A stretch of 63,438 bases of DNA, filler included, from Phoronis australis (GCA_002633005.1; 6 parts of 6 records of this genome joined end to end with filler, not necessarily neighbours in it); one strand, 5' to 3'; shown: positions 1-13,322, counted from the first letter of the whole stretch. Notes: a model not told the origin generated them from the sequence alone. Made by a program: numbers and translations.

Positions 1-370
1 CCGAGGCAAGTCGCACCACGTACGCCGTGACTGCGCGCAACCTGTTATGCGGGCATATAGTCGACGGCATGCAACATGCCACAAACGGAAGCATGTTGAC
101 AAATTAATGCGGCCCAAGACTGAGGAGCCGCCGATCATAACCGCTCGCCGACGAAACGTTGCGCAGCAGAATGCCAGCGCGCGATCGACTAAGCCTTCAG
201 AGACAAAACTTGGCGTCACCATACACGTGGTACAGATCACATGAATCCACCTTGAAGCGGACAAATGGTTCGTCTTGATCCGAACCCTACCGAAACTTCT
301 CGCGTCCAGCAACCAAATAGGGTATGTCGTAAAACCGGACTGACCACTCAAGTCGGAGGAAAATCACAGT

Positions 371-1629
371 TCAAAGGCACGGGACAGCTAGCAATGCGTG
401 AGGTGGCGGTTTCACCGTCATGACAACAGGTGTCTCTGAATCCCGGCATAGCGGGGAGGTGTCCGTTGGCTGCACGGAAACCCGCAATGCCGCTGCCTTG
501 CAAAGCGTTGGCGCCATCTCAGTAAACCCAGTCACAGATTTGACCGTGACATCAGCCGGTAACAGTGCCAGAGTGTGTCCCGACAACTTAACCGAGGTGA
601 CCTGAGAAGCGACCAACATGTGGCAGGCACTAACCGTGGCGATGTTGCAGGCCACTGAGCATGGCACATTGCACGCATTTATTATTGACGGAGACTGCGG
701 ATTGACAGACGAGTCTTGAACGTCTAAGAGTTCTAGATTTTCACTTATCGTCTCGCTCAAGACAAGAAACGGCAAGTGTTCGGCGTTCATAAGGGAAGAC
801 AGCACTTCCGGAACGTCGCTGGTGACGTCCTTCATGCAGTCAGGAATGGGAGTGGCGATTTCGCCACCCTCAGTTATTTGTTTAGTCTTAACGTCCTCAG
901 CTAATGGAACGTCGCTGACAGATGAGGCGGACACGGTTGTTGGGACATCATCAACAACGTCCATCACTTGACCACTAACAGGGTCAAGCATTCCGCCAAC
1001 TTCCGAGGGTTGTTTATGCAACACATGTTTAGTTGCCGGTGCGGTATCAATACGCTTTCCACCTGGTTCAAGCGGAAATCGTAGCAATTCCGCCAACTCG
1101 GCGATTGTGCTACCCAACGCATCAAACGGGTCCACCTCAGTGGAGATATCAACAATGACGTCCGCCGGTGGATCGCTGCTGGTCCCCCTAGCCGCGCACT
1201 CTACGGNCCAACTTCCGAGGTTTGTTTATGCAACACATGTGTAGTCGCCGGTGCGGTATCAATACACTTTCCACCTGGTTCAAACGGAAATCGCAGCAAT
1301 TCCACCAACTCGGCTATTGTGCTACCCAACGCATCAAACGGGTCCACCTCAGTGGAGACATCAACAATGACGTCCACCGGTGGATCGCTGGTGGTCCCCC
1401 TAGCCGCGCACTCTACGGGTGCTGTACTGCCCGCGCTATTTTCAGCGAACAGCTGGCACAGACTCTCCAGTGTGTTGTCCTCGTCCGGGACTGAAGTCAA
1501 GGGCTGGTTTACGCTACAGTCGGACGAGGTTGGGCGAACGCTGCTGACTTGCGAGTTGTGTGGGCTTGGATCGCCATGGACCGGGGTTAAGCCCGAGACT
1601 CCGGTCCACTGTCGTTTTCCGAATGTTCG
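371..1629 (-). mobile_element. Second retroelement ORF in the -1 frame overlapping the gag end; low-complexity S/T/V/P/D-rich, no recognisable protease
   Basis: The frame of ORF 1201-1500 is open back to a stop at 1630-1632, overlapping the gag C-terminus. It continues as ORF 371-1135 if the N-joined duplication is collapsed. Confidence 0.5.
996..1418. repeat. 211-bp direct duplication (996-1206 / 1208-1418) joined by a single N; probable haplotype or assembly overlap
   Basis: Both copies begin CCAACTTCCGAGG and end CTCTACGG; N at 1207. Confidence 0.8.
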
Positions 1630-3199
1630 TCAAACGTTACTGTTCGGGTCCCTACATTATTGAGCAGGGGGCAATCCCTTTTAATATGGTCCTTGCGCCC
1701 GCACGAAAAGCATGCGCCACTCGAGGGCGACCTCGAGGCAGAACGCGGAGAACGTGATTCGTTGTAGGTTCTACCTTTGTCACCCCGATCTCGGCCAGGC
1801 CTACTCCTGTCGCGGTCGCTAACAGCTAGGCGCGACAGGACCTTCTCAATGGCCTCACTGAGACAGTCCTGGCTTTCGGCTAGAGAGCGACAGGACTCTT
1901 CCACCGCCAACATGCGCTGATCCATATCCCGCTCTGGGGGACCGTGGCGGCGCGCGGCCTGCGTGGGTGTGTCTCGTGCTTGGTTCACGGAGACGGGGGG
2001 CTCGCTAAATGGAGCAGCAGACCGACCATAAATCACACTGTGCGTGTGCACAAACCACTTTAGGGCGTCCACGGCGGCCTCATAGGACGTGGGCCGAATA
2101 CTCGCTGCGTACATGCCTGCAGCTTTGTTGTGGCACCCGTGACACAGCTTTGTAATTGCTTGAGTCTGAGCGTGGTGAGGGGAAACGTCATAAAACGCTT
2201 GGTTAGCCAGGGACAGGCAGCGGTCAGCCCAGTCATCTAGAGACTCTGAACTGCCTTGGACTGCGCTTGAAAACTGCAGTTGCGCGGTTTCGGGTAATTG
2301 GTTTCCCGCGAACCTGTGTTCCATCTTAACCGCTATCGTAGTCAGCGAAATGTAAGGTGCATTGTCTGTTATAAGCGAAAAATATTCGCTAGCTTTGCCC
2401 TCGAGGCAAAAACACAGCTGATCAACGCACTCTGCGTCTGTCATATCATTTGCTGCTACGTAGCGCTGAAATTTTTTAAAGAACGCCACCCAATTACCAC
2501 GGCCGTCAAAGGACATTGACCATGGTGTGCTCGAGAAAGTGCAAGGCGGTGGCGTGGACCGTAGGTCCCGTGGGGTGCTGGTACAGCGGGGCGTGTCTAA
2601 AGAACGACGATGCGTATGGTGTTCATGCGCAGCCGTATCTGGTGGCGTGTTGTAATCTTTTATCTATGCAGCTGCTATAATATGGAATTCTTTTAGCCCA
2701 GAAATTAAACGGTCCAATTCAATTACTACCTTTAAAGTTAATGTTAAAAAGTGGCTGTAATTTACTTAACCTTTTATACCCTGCCTGTCTTAATCATGTC
2801 ATTTTTTCATTGTCGTAAATACTCTCATTGTCTAGTCATCTCTTAATTTATTTCATCTGTCTTAGTTAATTTTTTACCATTATTTGTCGTTTAGTTATTG
2901 TCTTAATTCTCAACCTTAACTGTTTTAATTGTATCTTTGTTACGTATATTTCATTGTTGTTTTATTACTTCGTTGTATTATATTACTGTTTTTCTTGTTG
3001 AGGGCTCTCTTGGAAAGCAGTGCTATCACTGAAGAGGCCACCCTCATTTTAAATATCACAATAATAAATAAATAAATAAAATAAATGGCGGCGAGTCACG
3101 TGAATGTGGGGCGGGAGCCTGAGCAGGGGCCATACGTGACTTGCGAAAATGGTGCGGTTGGTTTTCCGGCCTGGCATTACGTAACCCATTAAACGACAT
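1587..3199 (-). mobile_element. gag: Ty3/Gypsy-type LTR retrotransposon gag ORF (capsid-like region plus CCHC zinc knuckle), interrupted by a LINE at 2648-3085
   Basis: ORF 1587-2516 has a retrotransposon-gag-like start (SFDGRGNWVAFFKKF...LEGKASEYF), a Q..SESLDDWADR motif and a CFSCGRKDHIKRDCP knuckle. The frame stays open to ATG 3199 once the LINE and one TSD copy are removed. Confidence 0.85.
2648..3085 (+). mobile_element. 5'-truncated LINE (CR1/L2-like 3' end) inserted in gag
   Basis: Encodes SFIYAAAIIWNSFSPEIKRSNSITTFKVNVKKWL* (typical LINE ORF2 C-terminus), then an AT-rich 3'UTR and an (AATA)n tail. Candidate TSD TGGCG at 2643-2647 and 3086-3090. Confidence 0.8.
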
Positions 3200-6100
3200 G
3201 TTTCAAAAATTCGTTACGAAACCAATTAAATCGACAGGTGGGCACGTTTGGAAATTTCCCGTCCACAGCGTTATGAAAGACCGTGCGAACGGGGACAATG
3301 GGGGCACTGTGACCTCAGGCACAGGCAACTGACCAGTTTAATTGAAAAACAAGTAAAAACCATAAACAATATAACACGTCAAAAAAAAGAAGATCGCGTG
3401 TCAGCCGCCCAAGTTTAGATCATGTGGGAGGAAACGAGTGAACAATAGCTGCCCAAAATGACAGGTTGAAACAGACACTTGAATGTTTATTAATGAGGGA
3501 ATGACCGCTTAAGGCGAGCCATTGACGGATAACTTTGGGGTTGTCCTGCTCTCACCGGACACGGTGTAGGGCATTGTCCCTGCTACAAACACTGAAACGC
3601 GCTGAGGACCAGCGTGCTGGAGAAAAGAAAAAAAATGCAAATCCCTAAGACATGGCACGTCAGAATGGACGCGCACAACACAAAAATACAACAGTTATTA
3701 GAAAATACTAAGGCCTTGTCGCGAGGCAGGTGGCAAATCTGGGCAAAACTATAGATGCCTCAATTTTGCACTAACCCACCCGATCAAGTGGATATAGTTT
3801 TTGGATATGATATAATGTTTAGAGAACTTAAGAGACGTGTGGGAAGCCTAAAGAGAAGGAGCGCACTAGCACCTTCCGAGAATGGGCTGTTGAAACTTGA
3901 AAAAAAATACAAAAACTCAAAGTTACCGAAAAACAACGGATGTTCGCTACGCATCCGCTGCAGCTAAAACTGCTTTAAAGAATTAGCTGGTCGCTACTCA
4001 GCTAAAATCCTCAAAAACAACAAAAAAAATCTACAGTTTCTAAAAATTGTAACCAAGGCACACGCGCAACGTCCGGATCTCGCTTTTCCGCGACTTACGG
4101 CTCCNNNNNNNNNNNNNNNNNNNNNNNNNNNNNNNNNNNNNNNNNNNNTTAATTAATTAANNNNNNNNNNNNNNNNNNNNNNNNNNNNNNNNNNNNNNNN
4201 NNNNGTCAGTGAAAACTCATCAAAATGTTTCAGAGACCAATTAATACGAGCTGTCGAAAACTGAATGCTAACTCAAATCGATGGCCTATAAGCCCTATAA
4301 GGGAACGTACATTAGCATAAATCTGCGTACTACACTTGTACTGTACCTATACATGTACAGTGTAGGTGTCGCAAACAAGAACCCTGGATAGGACTTATTG
4401 GGGAGATAACGATAACACACACGTTATCTCCAGTTAAGACAAATACGTACATGTATCAGACAGGCAAGTCTTAGATAAAATTATAAGGACACTGAAGCCG
4501 AGCCGGCTTTAGCCTATAAGCATTTACATGTATGTGCAGGTAATTTCTATAATTCGTTGAGGCAAAACAATTCTTCATCTTGAGCATGCGCAAATACATG
4601 TACCATTCGTCTAAACTACTACATCAATAAAGCTTGAAAATTCTTTACAAAATCTCAGAAGCTTCTTCATAAAATTGACACCGCCATATCAATTAACTTG
4701 TTCACTGCATTAGTTGTTTTTGTCAACACATGATTTCTCAATGAGATTGGACTTTGTGCAAGCGCAGATAGCGTGCCCCGAGTTTGACACAGATAAATGT
4801 GTCCTTTTTTATCGTTTAGAAAAGTGTCCCTTTGCGCTAATGCCGGGGCAAGGTTCAATTGTGACAGGAAAGACACAGCTAAGCACTCAGAAGACGAAAA
4901 ATTTAAGAGAGCCTTTGTCACCTACCAGTTCGAGGCCATTGCCCGAGCATTTAGCGGGTTAACCCGGGTTTTGCAGTTTAGTTTATCCGAATGTACTCCT
5001 GGTTATGCATTCTTCGAAAAAAATCTGTTGTATTGATATCCTTTCATTTAAAGAGCCGCTTGCGGAGGGGAAGGGGGACTAATGGTGGCATCGATTTCCC
5101 CTATTTTCCTGTTTTTTTTGTGAAATTGTAAAATCCTTTCATGATGTCCAGGAAGATAGCCCAGTGACGGACGGAGTGTTACCCGATGATGCATGGAAAG
5201 AGGGTCACTTCTATTTTCTCAGCTGTATAGCCTTTTACGATTAGAGCATTGGAACAGAAAACCTTTCATATTAAGGGGCTATCTTTCAGACGTGGTCCTC
5301 TCGTTTACGGACGGTCCCTTTGGTACGACTGCCCTACAAATTCTCAGAAAGCCAACATGGAGCAGAGAGCTTAATAAAAACACTAAATCAACGAATGACG
5401 TCAATGGGGTTACTTAGTTTTTCACTAAGTTGCATACTTAAGCGAGAACTTCGAGAAAACACAAAAACAAGCAAAATGTTGCGAGATATTCCCATTACTA
5501 CAAGCAAACCACGTGATCACATTGGTTTCATTGGCGAGATCTTTCCGACTACGGACTACCGATCTAAGGTAAACATTTACTTCCAGACTTTGCCATGGCA
5601 GATAAGACGCGTTCAACGGTATCGCCTAAGCGATATCAAGGTTTCAGGTAAAGATTTGCTGAGATAGAAAAAAGTTAAGATAACACAAGGTAGTTGTCGT
5701 TCATTTACCCGCTTTTGTATATGCCGAATGACCCGGCCAGTCGGTGATAACCAGTTGCTGCAGCACTGATGTGAAAATCCGAAACAAGGGACAAGGCAAT
5801 TATCGTGAGTACAGTTTCTTTATGTACTTCAGTCTTGTGAAGCGGTTTCCACAGATTCAACGACGCATACTAGTATATGGAATTTGCGTGCGAGTGGATG
5901 GTGAAGTCCATTGCCAGCCGTGTTTGCACTCGGCGAAGCCAAATCAACACAAGTTTATCGATCAGTACAAACATCGGTTACCGTTATTTTCAGTATGAAA
6001 ATTGAAATTGTCTAGGTATGGTCATGGGCCTCTACGTTTATTGTATTTCCAGAGTTTTTAATTCTAAAATTCAGTCTGCACTGAAAACGTATCGTCTTTT

Positions 6101-6699
6101 CCGACCCTAAAACTGTTAAGTTTTGAAAACCTCTCAGGCAACTACAACGCAGATGTCATGACTGTGATTATTTTATCAGGGCAAAAAGGCAAAGTTGAAT
6201 TTGATGTCTCATTTTTCGTTTACAATGGAATCGGTGATGTAGTCTTTTTTGTTGCTCACCTTCTCAAAAAAGAAAACCCACCTGAAACGAGCAAAAAATG
6301 ATGCGGGTAAATTTTCACCCACCACGGCTATATCATGACGTTTCAAATTTTGTGTTCCCTTTCTAAAAGCGGGCGTTTTTTAATTTAGTCAGTGAGTAGG
6401 CTACAGGCCTAAACATGAGTCCACCCGCTTCAACTATGACATTTTGGCCTGAGTTGTCATTATCTAAATAATATAGGACATAGTGCTTGGCGCCGAGATG
6501 CCAAGTGTAACTAATACTAGGGCACTATAGCATACAGTGGGCTGAATAGCGAAGTTGCAACCGAATCGGTTTGATTGCGCATGTCCGGAAATTAGGGTGC
6601 GCAAAGGCTACAGGGATTGTTGATGGTAAACGGGATGGCCGACTGGTTTGCACGACGTGTAATTTGTGTGCATTAAACTACGCTGCTGTATGTAATTCT

Positions 6700-6900
6700 G
6701 CCGCTATTCGCCCTAATTAGCGCCCATGGCTCAACAAGTGCCCCAACGCGTTTTCAGACTTTGCTAAAGTAAGCGCCCAGCCCATGAACTACATGCGAAA
6801 AATGCCCTTACCTACAGTTCTAACGTCTCCAATTTATCAATTGAAAGATCCGACAGCCTGAATTTGTAACGGACCACGAGCCTCACCGTTATGTCCGTAT
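6700..6900 (+). mobile_element. Partial copy of the TA-flanked MITE at 34848-36182
   Basis: Shares TTTTCAGACTTTGCTAAA..AAGCGCCCAG.CCATGAAC...GACCACGAGCCT with about 34900-35070; truncated by a gap. Confidence 0.7.
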
Positions 6901-7843
6901 ACNNNNNNNNNNNNNNNNNNNNNNNNNNNNNNNNNNNNNNNNNNNNTTAATTAATTAANNNNNNNNNNNNNNNNNNNNNNNNNNNNNNNNNNNNNNNNNN
7001 NNGTGTTTAGCTTTTCTACCAACATGTTGACCATAAAGGTTACAAATACTTCACCAGGCACACAGCATCTTACAAACGTTCTCTACACGTACATGTAGCA
7101 TGTTCAATTTCATAAGCATACATGTACATGTAGCTTGAAGCAATACATTGTTGTGAACGTATATTGGAAACAAACCATTGGTAGGAGGTAGATATTCATT
7201 AACAGGAAGTAAATTTTCACTTGGAAACAAAGAGGACCAAACGCAGTCGCAAGGTTCGTCAGTCTTCTAGAGCAATGTGATGCACTCTTTCTGTGAGTGT
7301 CAGTTCGTGGGACTGTCAGTTTGCTACACCGGTTTCACTACCGCTTTCATCCCTATCGCCATGCACAAGTTTTGTCCCATGTATGCTATACTGCAATGTC
7401 GTGTAGATAGACCTCCTGTATCATATGCTAATATTTGTGAAAAATAGACGAATTTAGGGACAAAACGAACACATATCGCCTACATCAGAATCCCCGCTAC
7501 ACAATGAGAGCATTGTGGTGGCCTCGTGCAGGAGTTCGAATTCGCTACAACGTTCCTACAAATTTTGAATTGTCTGTTACTACAGCAACAGGTGATTAAC
7601 GTAAGCCCAATATTTTCTATGTTCTTGCTTAAGTTCATTTCGGTAAAGAGGGACGACAACAACAAAAAATATAACGGAACTTTTTTTGGTTTTTCGCGTC
7701 AAACATTCTCACAAAACTGGAACTATGTTTTGATCACCAGCATGCAACGGGAGGTGTCCTGTTGAAAGCTGGAAATGCATGCATTATCAGTAATAACAGC
7801 ATCGCTTTTGAGAACGACAAATTTTGACATTCTTAAGGAAGCG

Positions 7844-10503
7844 CATAGGCGGATTTAGGGGGGGGGGCAGGGGCCCGTACCCCCTTGGCTGCAGCAAAAA
7901 ATAAAACAGCAAGAGCGTAGGGAAATGTTGAGTTTATTAATTAACCCCGATAATTAAAATTATACGAATAAAACAAGATTTAAATGTGTGCAGTTTTGGT
8001 GTTTGGGGGGGCCTCAGATCCAATTTCAAGTGTCAAAGTCGGAATACGGCGCAATCGTAACGGAACTATGGCTAAGCATAGGCTCTCCCGCGATATCCCA
8101 GGCGACCGGCATTATGACTCCGTTTCCGTCGTCTGCTCCAATGTGCAATGAAGAAAATTATTTCATCTTTTAAAGAAAATGGGACTTGAGTGACGACGAA
8201 AAAACAGAAACTGCTGGTAAGATGTGAATTTTAATCGAAGCCTTTGTGAATCACTCAAGAACTCATAATTTTCTCTTTGTCAAGCCTTAGCTTAAGACGA
8301 TTTCCAAAGCAATCCCGTCATTATTGCCAACACGAAAAACGGATTTGGTCTTTTGGGCAATTGAAGACTATTTTAAATACAACAAATTTGTTACGAACTG
8401 ATTGGACAAAATATAAAACGTGTAATAAGCATTATAAAAAGAAGTAAGTAGGTTTCGCGCGCAAACGCTGTGGACCATAAACAAGTAGGTCTCTTAATAT
8501 TAAAGGAGAATGCCACCCGATTTAATTTGTCTTTTTGCCCTCTTAAAGGAGAATGCCACCCGATTTAATTAGTCTTTTTTTGCCGTCTTAATCGGTCTAT
8601 ATCCACATCGCCTCGCTTATGGTCGACCTTACCTTGCCAAGAGGTGTCGCGTTAACGTGTGAGGAAGGTGTGAAACGACGCTAGCGACGTCAGTGGTTCA
8701 TATGCAGAGTGAACGCCGCTATGTTGCGGTGCATCGTTCCCGCTTGTTCGAACTAAGCAGCTGCGAGGACACGGGTATATCGTTTTTTTTTACTTCCCCG
8801 AGAGTCTGAAATGTTTAGGAAGTGGCTCATGGTAGTGAAGAATGAAATGTACGCTGTAAATAGCAAGTATGAGGCCGCGAAATATCTCCGTGTCTGTGGA
8901 CTGCAGACGTCGGACAGTGCCTGACGAATGCCGGCTTATCAAATAACTCCATACATTCCGTTGTCTGAGCTTGTTCACGGCGCCTCTCTAGTATTTCTTC
9001 ATCACTGTATTACTGTTCGAATTGATAGCCTGTAAAACTTAACGATCCACCAGCGAAGTCGGGGCTGATGAGCTCTAGCTCGTCCTAAGTCGGGATTGCT
9101 AGTTGCCATGTTGGCGTTTATTACTGAGCGTTCTGTTTAAAAATGAATTATTCTCACCCTAACCAATACTTATATGAAACTGAAACAAAGTCTGTCTCAT
9201 TAGACGCAATTTGTAATACCTTTGGAGTGTTCGTGAGTGCAAATGACTTGAGAAGCCAGCAATGAATAAATCACTGCGTTACCAGCTTTACTTTTTGACG
9301 GGACACCGAGGCCGTTTGAGCTCATGCTAATTTATTGTTTGCTGGCAGAAACTGTTGTGAAACAACTCGATTTCCATCCCACGTCCAGATGTTAGAGGAA
9401 TCTTTATTTACATTTACATTACTCAAATAATGATTGTCAATGTACAACTTCTGCCTTGACGGTGCTGTGGCCAAAGCGGAACTTGAATTCGCGGCCCCTG
9501 ACGAGTAAGAAGATTTGCAGTTTCGTGGCTCACCAACATAATCACGTGCACATTACTTTGGCTCACTATTGTAGTATTTTCTTGACTGGAAGTTTAGTTT
9601 CCACTGAACTTTGGCTGGTTAATATTCGTGATGTCTGATCAGTTTCCGAGTCACTGGTCCGCCCGGGATAACGAGTCAATCCGGCCGGCCGCGACGGGCC
9701 TGATCGGGCTCCGAGCCACTGGCTAGGATAACAAGCGTTTTGTGTTCAGAACTCAAAACATCACAAGTCTAAACGACACAGATCAAAGTTCTCGTGTCTG
9801 TATCTCACGGAAAATACTTCGAAATTATCTCCGAACAGACCCCAAACTCGTGCTACGGACTTTATTGGCCTGCCGAACTTTGTAGGCTACGGTGTGTCCA
9901 AATACCAATAAATCCGTAAGAGCGAAATAAAACAACACGTTTTTACAAGAACTCGGTGTATTTTTAAGGGTTTTACATCGAATTTTGGTGATTTATTGGT
10001 GTTAAACGATGACTTCAAGCGATAAGCTGACACAAGTAACCCGTGTTGAGAACTGCTGAACAGACTGCGTGTGAAACCGATGACAGTCATTGGATAATTT
10101 CAACACCTCCGTCTGCCGTCAGGTGTCAGGTAACGCAACCGTGCGTGTCGTTATGGAGTAGAACTATTCGATCTAAATTGATACAAACTAGGTTGTTTTT
10201 TGGATGGCATGCTCCTTTAAATCGTGGTGATGTAGTGGTAAAGCACGCGCGCTCTATTCGCCAGGTCGGGAGTTCGAGTTAGTGGTATTTGCAGTTTTCC
10301 CTGTTTGACACGTTCTCAGTGTTTTTTTTCCTTTTTCTTGGATAATACTTCAGGAATCAAGGAAAATGCTTGATCTTTAGAGGAAAAAACAAAATTTCAC
10401 AGCCTCCCCCCATTCGGTGCTATGCTCATCTACAATCGTGGTTTGCGCAAATGCTTACAGGCAAAATGTTGCCCCTTCTTGTGATATCCTAGATCCGCCA
10501 CTG
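7844..10503. mobile_element. Non-autonomous DNA transposon with CATAGGCGG...CCGCCACTG ends and a 5-bp TSD (AAGCG), carrying a nested insertion
   Basis: TSD AAGCG at 7839-7843 and 10504-10508. Segments 7844-8499 and 10221-10503 match the reverse complement of 23851-24876. Confidence 0.85.
8504..10216. mobile_element. TTAA-targeting non-autonomous transposon (Kolobok-like TTAA|AGG...CCT|TTAA)
   Basis: Left end TTAA-AGGAGAATGCCACCCGA, right end TTGGATGGCATGCTCCT-TTAA (imperfect TIR). The left 43 bp is tandemly duplicated (8500/8543). Absent from the sister copy at about 24200. Confidence 0.75.
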
Positions 10504-10639
10504 AAGCGTTTGCAACGGAGGAACATCGTGTTTTTTGCAACAGCCTATCCATGGTGTCTGTTAAGCGTTTCAGAGATGTTAGTGGAGTTATCATTGGGAA
10601 AAACAAGAGCAAGTGTCTGCGTTGAGAGCTGTTGGAGAA

Positions 10640-11249
10640 GCAAAAGGTACCCACTCATCCAAGACGTTACCGCATCCAGGTGGGGCTATGTGTAATACCC
10701 TGCTTCGTTAACAGTTAGCGCTGCTTTTAAGCAATCACGTCACTCGTTTGTCATAGCGGCTATACGGACCAAGCGCGGGTTCCGCAAACTTGTTGAAAAA
10801 GTACAAGCACGCCTGCGGGCACATTGTCAATATAAATGAAACTCCGGAAATACACTGATTCCATACGTTCGCCTTATTCAGGTCTTTTTGGAAAATTCGT
10901 CTAGTGGACACAATAAATCTCATATTTTGACTTTTAAGTGAAATTAATTCTTTTCTGATACTGCTGTGTTGCGACAAAAAACCCCGAAAACATACTCGTA
11001 ATTACGAGCGTAATTTTACGGCGAAACTTCTCCCCATTTAATTTACGAGCGTGATTGTACGGCGACACTCCTGCAATTTAATTTACGCTCGTAATTACGA
11101 CCGTAATTTTACGGCGACACTTTCCCCTCAACGGCCCACCATATGAACAGGTCATTCACGCGGCGATAATGCGACAAACCATGTGATTGGTGCAAAGCGC
11201 CACCTGTTTGCGGTAAAGCCTTGGATGAGTGGGTACCTTTTGCACGTGC
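10640..11249. mobile_element. MITE with about 35-bp TIRs and a near-perfect 9-bp TSD (Mutator-like); internal TTACGAGCGTAATTTTACGGCGA-type repeats
   Basis: GCAAAAGGTACCCACTCATCCAAG at the left end is inverted at 11220-11243. Flanks GTTGGAGAA (10631-10639) and TTTGGAGAA (11250-11258). Short internal repeats at about 10995-11120. Confidence 0.7.
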
Positions 11250-12385
11250 TTTGGAGAATGTTCCGTGACTTGCAGCAGCGACATCTGTTGTCTCACCTAT
11301 GGTAAAGGCTGATCACAAACACTCTCATCGTATAGTGGTGTCGGAAGATGATTTCAGTGATACAGTTACCCGAATGCCAGCCAATGAGCCAAGTGAACGC
11401 TTCAGCTCACGAGGCCGGTAAAAAATGAAAACGACGGAGTGACACGTGAACAGTAAAACAGAGAATCTTAAAGTGACATAAGCTCTTTTACAGAGCTTGA
11501 TTTGCAAGCATTTATATCCCCCGAATTATTCCTGCAGATAAATGTAACCTATGATCCTATTTCGACTTGTGCAGATTAGTATTTGTCGTGCAATTCGTGA
11601 GTGAGATGCACAACACTAAATTAATTACGTTTCTGCAGGCTGTGACCGGCTCTGTTGCCAGATAGGATCAAAACTTACGTCATAATCAACCTGCTTAAAG
11701 CCTAACCTTTGATGAACACCATCCGATTTTAAAACTACGTAGTAATAACCCATTGCGCCAGTTTTTGAAACTTGTAATGTTCCTCCGTTATCGACCCTGA
11801 CGTCGGTACCTTGTATATGAATATGTCGGTAAATCGCATGTTGTGGTGACTAGAGGTTGTTAGACGTTACAACTACCTAGAAAAACCTCTAGACGATCTA
11901 TGAAAAGTTGTAAATCTGAGTATGGAAGACTTTGGGATGACATTCTTGTCAGAGATGGTAATTATAACAATAACACATTTTGCGTTCTATCAGAAACAAG
12001 AGGAAAGCCAGTGTTCTGCTGTCCCATAAAAANNNNNNNNNNNNNNNNNNNNNNNNNNNNNNNNNNNNNNNNNNNNNNNNNNNNNNNNNNNNNNNNNNNN
12101 NNNNNNNNNNNNNNNNNNNNNNNNNNNNNNNNNNNNNNNNNNNNNNNNNNNNNNNNNNNNNNNNNNNNNNNNNNNNNNNNNNNNNNNNNNNNNNNNNNNN
12201 NNNNNNNNNNNNNNNNNNNNNNNNNNNNNNNNNNNNNNNNNNNNNNNNNNNNNNNNNNNNNNNNNNNNNNNNNNNNNNNNNNNNNNNNNNNNNNNNNNNN
12301 NNNNNNNNNNNNNNNNNNNNNNNNNNNNNNNNNNNNNNNNNNNNNNNNNNNNNNNNNNNNNNNNNNNNNNNNNNNNNNNNNNNNN

Positions 12386-13322
12386 GTCAAAAATGGAAAA
12401 TCTCAAAAAGAGACAAGTTTTCCTTCTACGCACCCTCTATCCCAATTTTTGTGAAATTGTTACTTGCAGACAAGAAGGGAACAAAACATATATATAACAC
12501 TTTGGTGCTAAACAAATATGCCCGGCCTAGGTCTGAGATGAAGTGGCAGGCAGAACTTGCAATACCTGACACTACAGAATGGTGGAAATTTGCCTACTTT
12601 CTGAATTTTACACTTGACGTGAAACTTCGTTGGTTTCAATTTAGACTGTCACATAGGATAATTAGCTGTAACTCTTACCTTGTCAAAATTGGGGTAACCA
12701 ACTCCCCCTTGTGTACGTTTTGTAAGACTGAACCTGAGACTTTGCTTCACTTATACTGGCAATGTGATGTTGTTCAAAATTTTTGGAACAATGTTGAAGG
12801 TTGGGTTAGAAACAAAACTAATATTTCCCTTGGTACAAATGTGCTTACAGTTTTCTTTGGAAACAGATGTAGAAGCCAGCCAATTCAAAATTTAATCTTG
12901 TGTCTCAGCAAGTTCCATTTATATAAGCAACGTCTCAAGGGTAAACCTCCAAATTTAATTGTATTAACAAAAGAAATTAACAGTTATTACTCCAGTGAAA
13001 AACATATTTATTCAAAAAATTTACAAATGGAAAAATTTACAAACAGGTGGTCACAAATGCATAATTTGATAGCAATGTAAGGATATTTTATCATTCCAAA
13101 ATACTCTCCCCCCTCCTTTTTTTTTTCAGAGCCATATACTACTATATTGTCTTGTATGTTTTTGTTTTCTTTTGTTAAATCTATTTCAAAATCCGGTTCA
13201 CGTATATTTTTGACTTAGTAAACTTTATTTTCATTGAATTGTAAAGTAAGGCAAGGGAATCCCAGACCTTTGTCCTTACTTATGTTGAACTGGGAGAATA
13301 AAAAAAAAAAAAAAAAAAAAAA
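12386..13322 (+). mobile_element. L1/Tx1-like LINE 3' end: ORF2 C-terminal zinc-binding (zf-RVT-like) region, 3'UTR, poly(A)
   Basis: WFQFRLSHRIISCNSYLVKIG..SPLCTFCKTEPETLLHLYWQC..VQNFW; stop at 13080; AATAAA at 13297 running into the poly(A) tail. The 5' part lies in the gap. Confidence 0.88.

Noticed and set aside
4105-4204. TTAATTAATTAA embedded in N runs (also near 6947, 29396, 38263, 61026)
   Set aside because: Identical spacer in the middle of each fixed-length gap, giving stops in all frames; a scaffolding artefact.
10995-11120. Short repeated TTACGAGCGTAATTTTACGGCGA units resembling a CRISPR array
   Set aside because: No unique spacers of regular length, no cas genes, eukaryotic context; they lie inside a MITE.
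11900-12454. Long ORFs containing X runs
   Set aside because: They span an N gap; only the part after 12386 is real (LINE ORF2).
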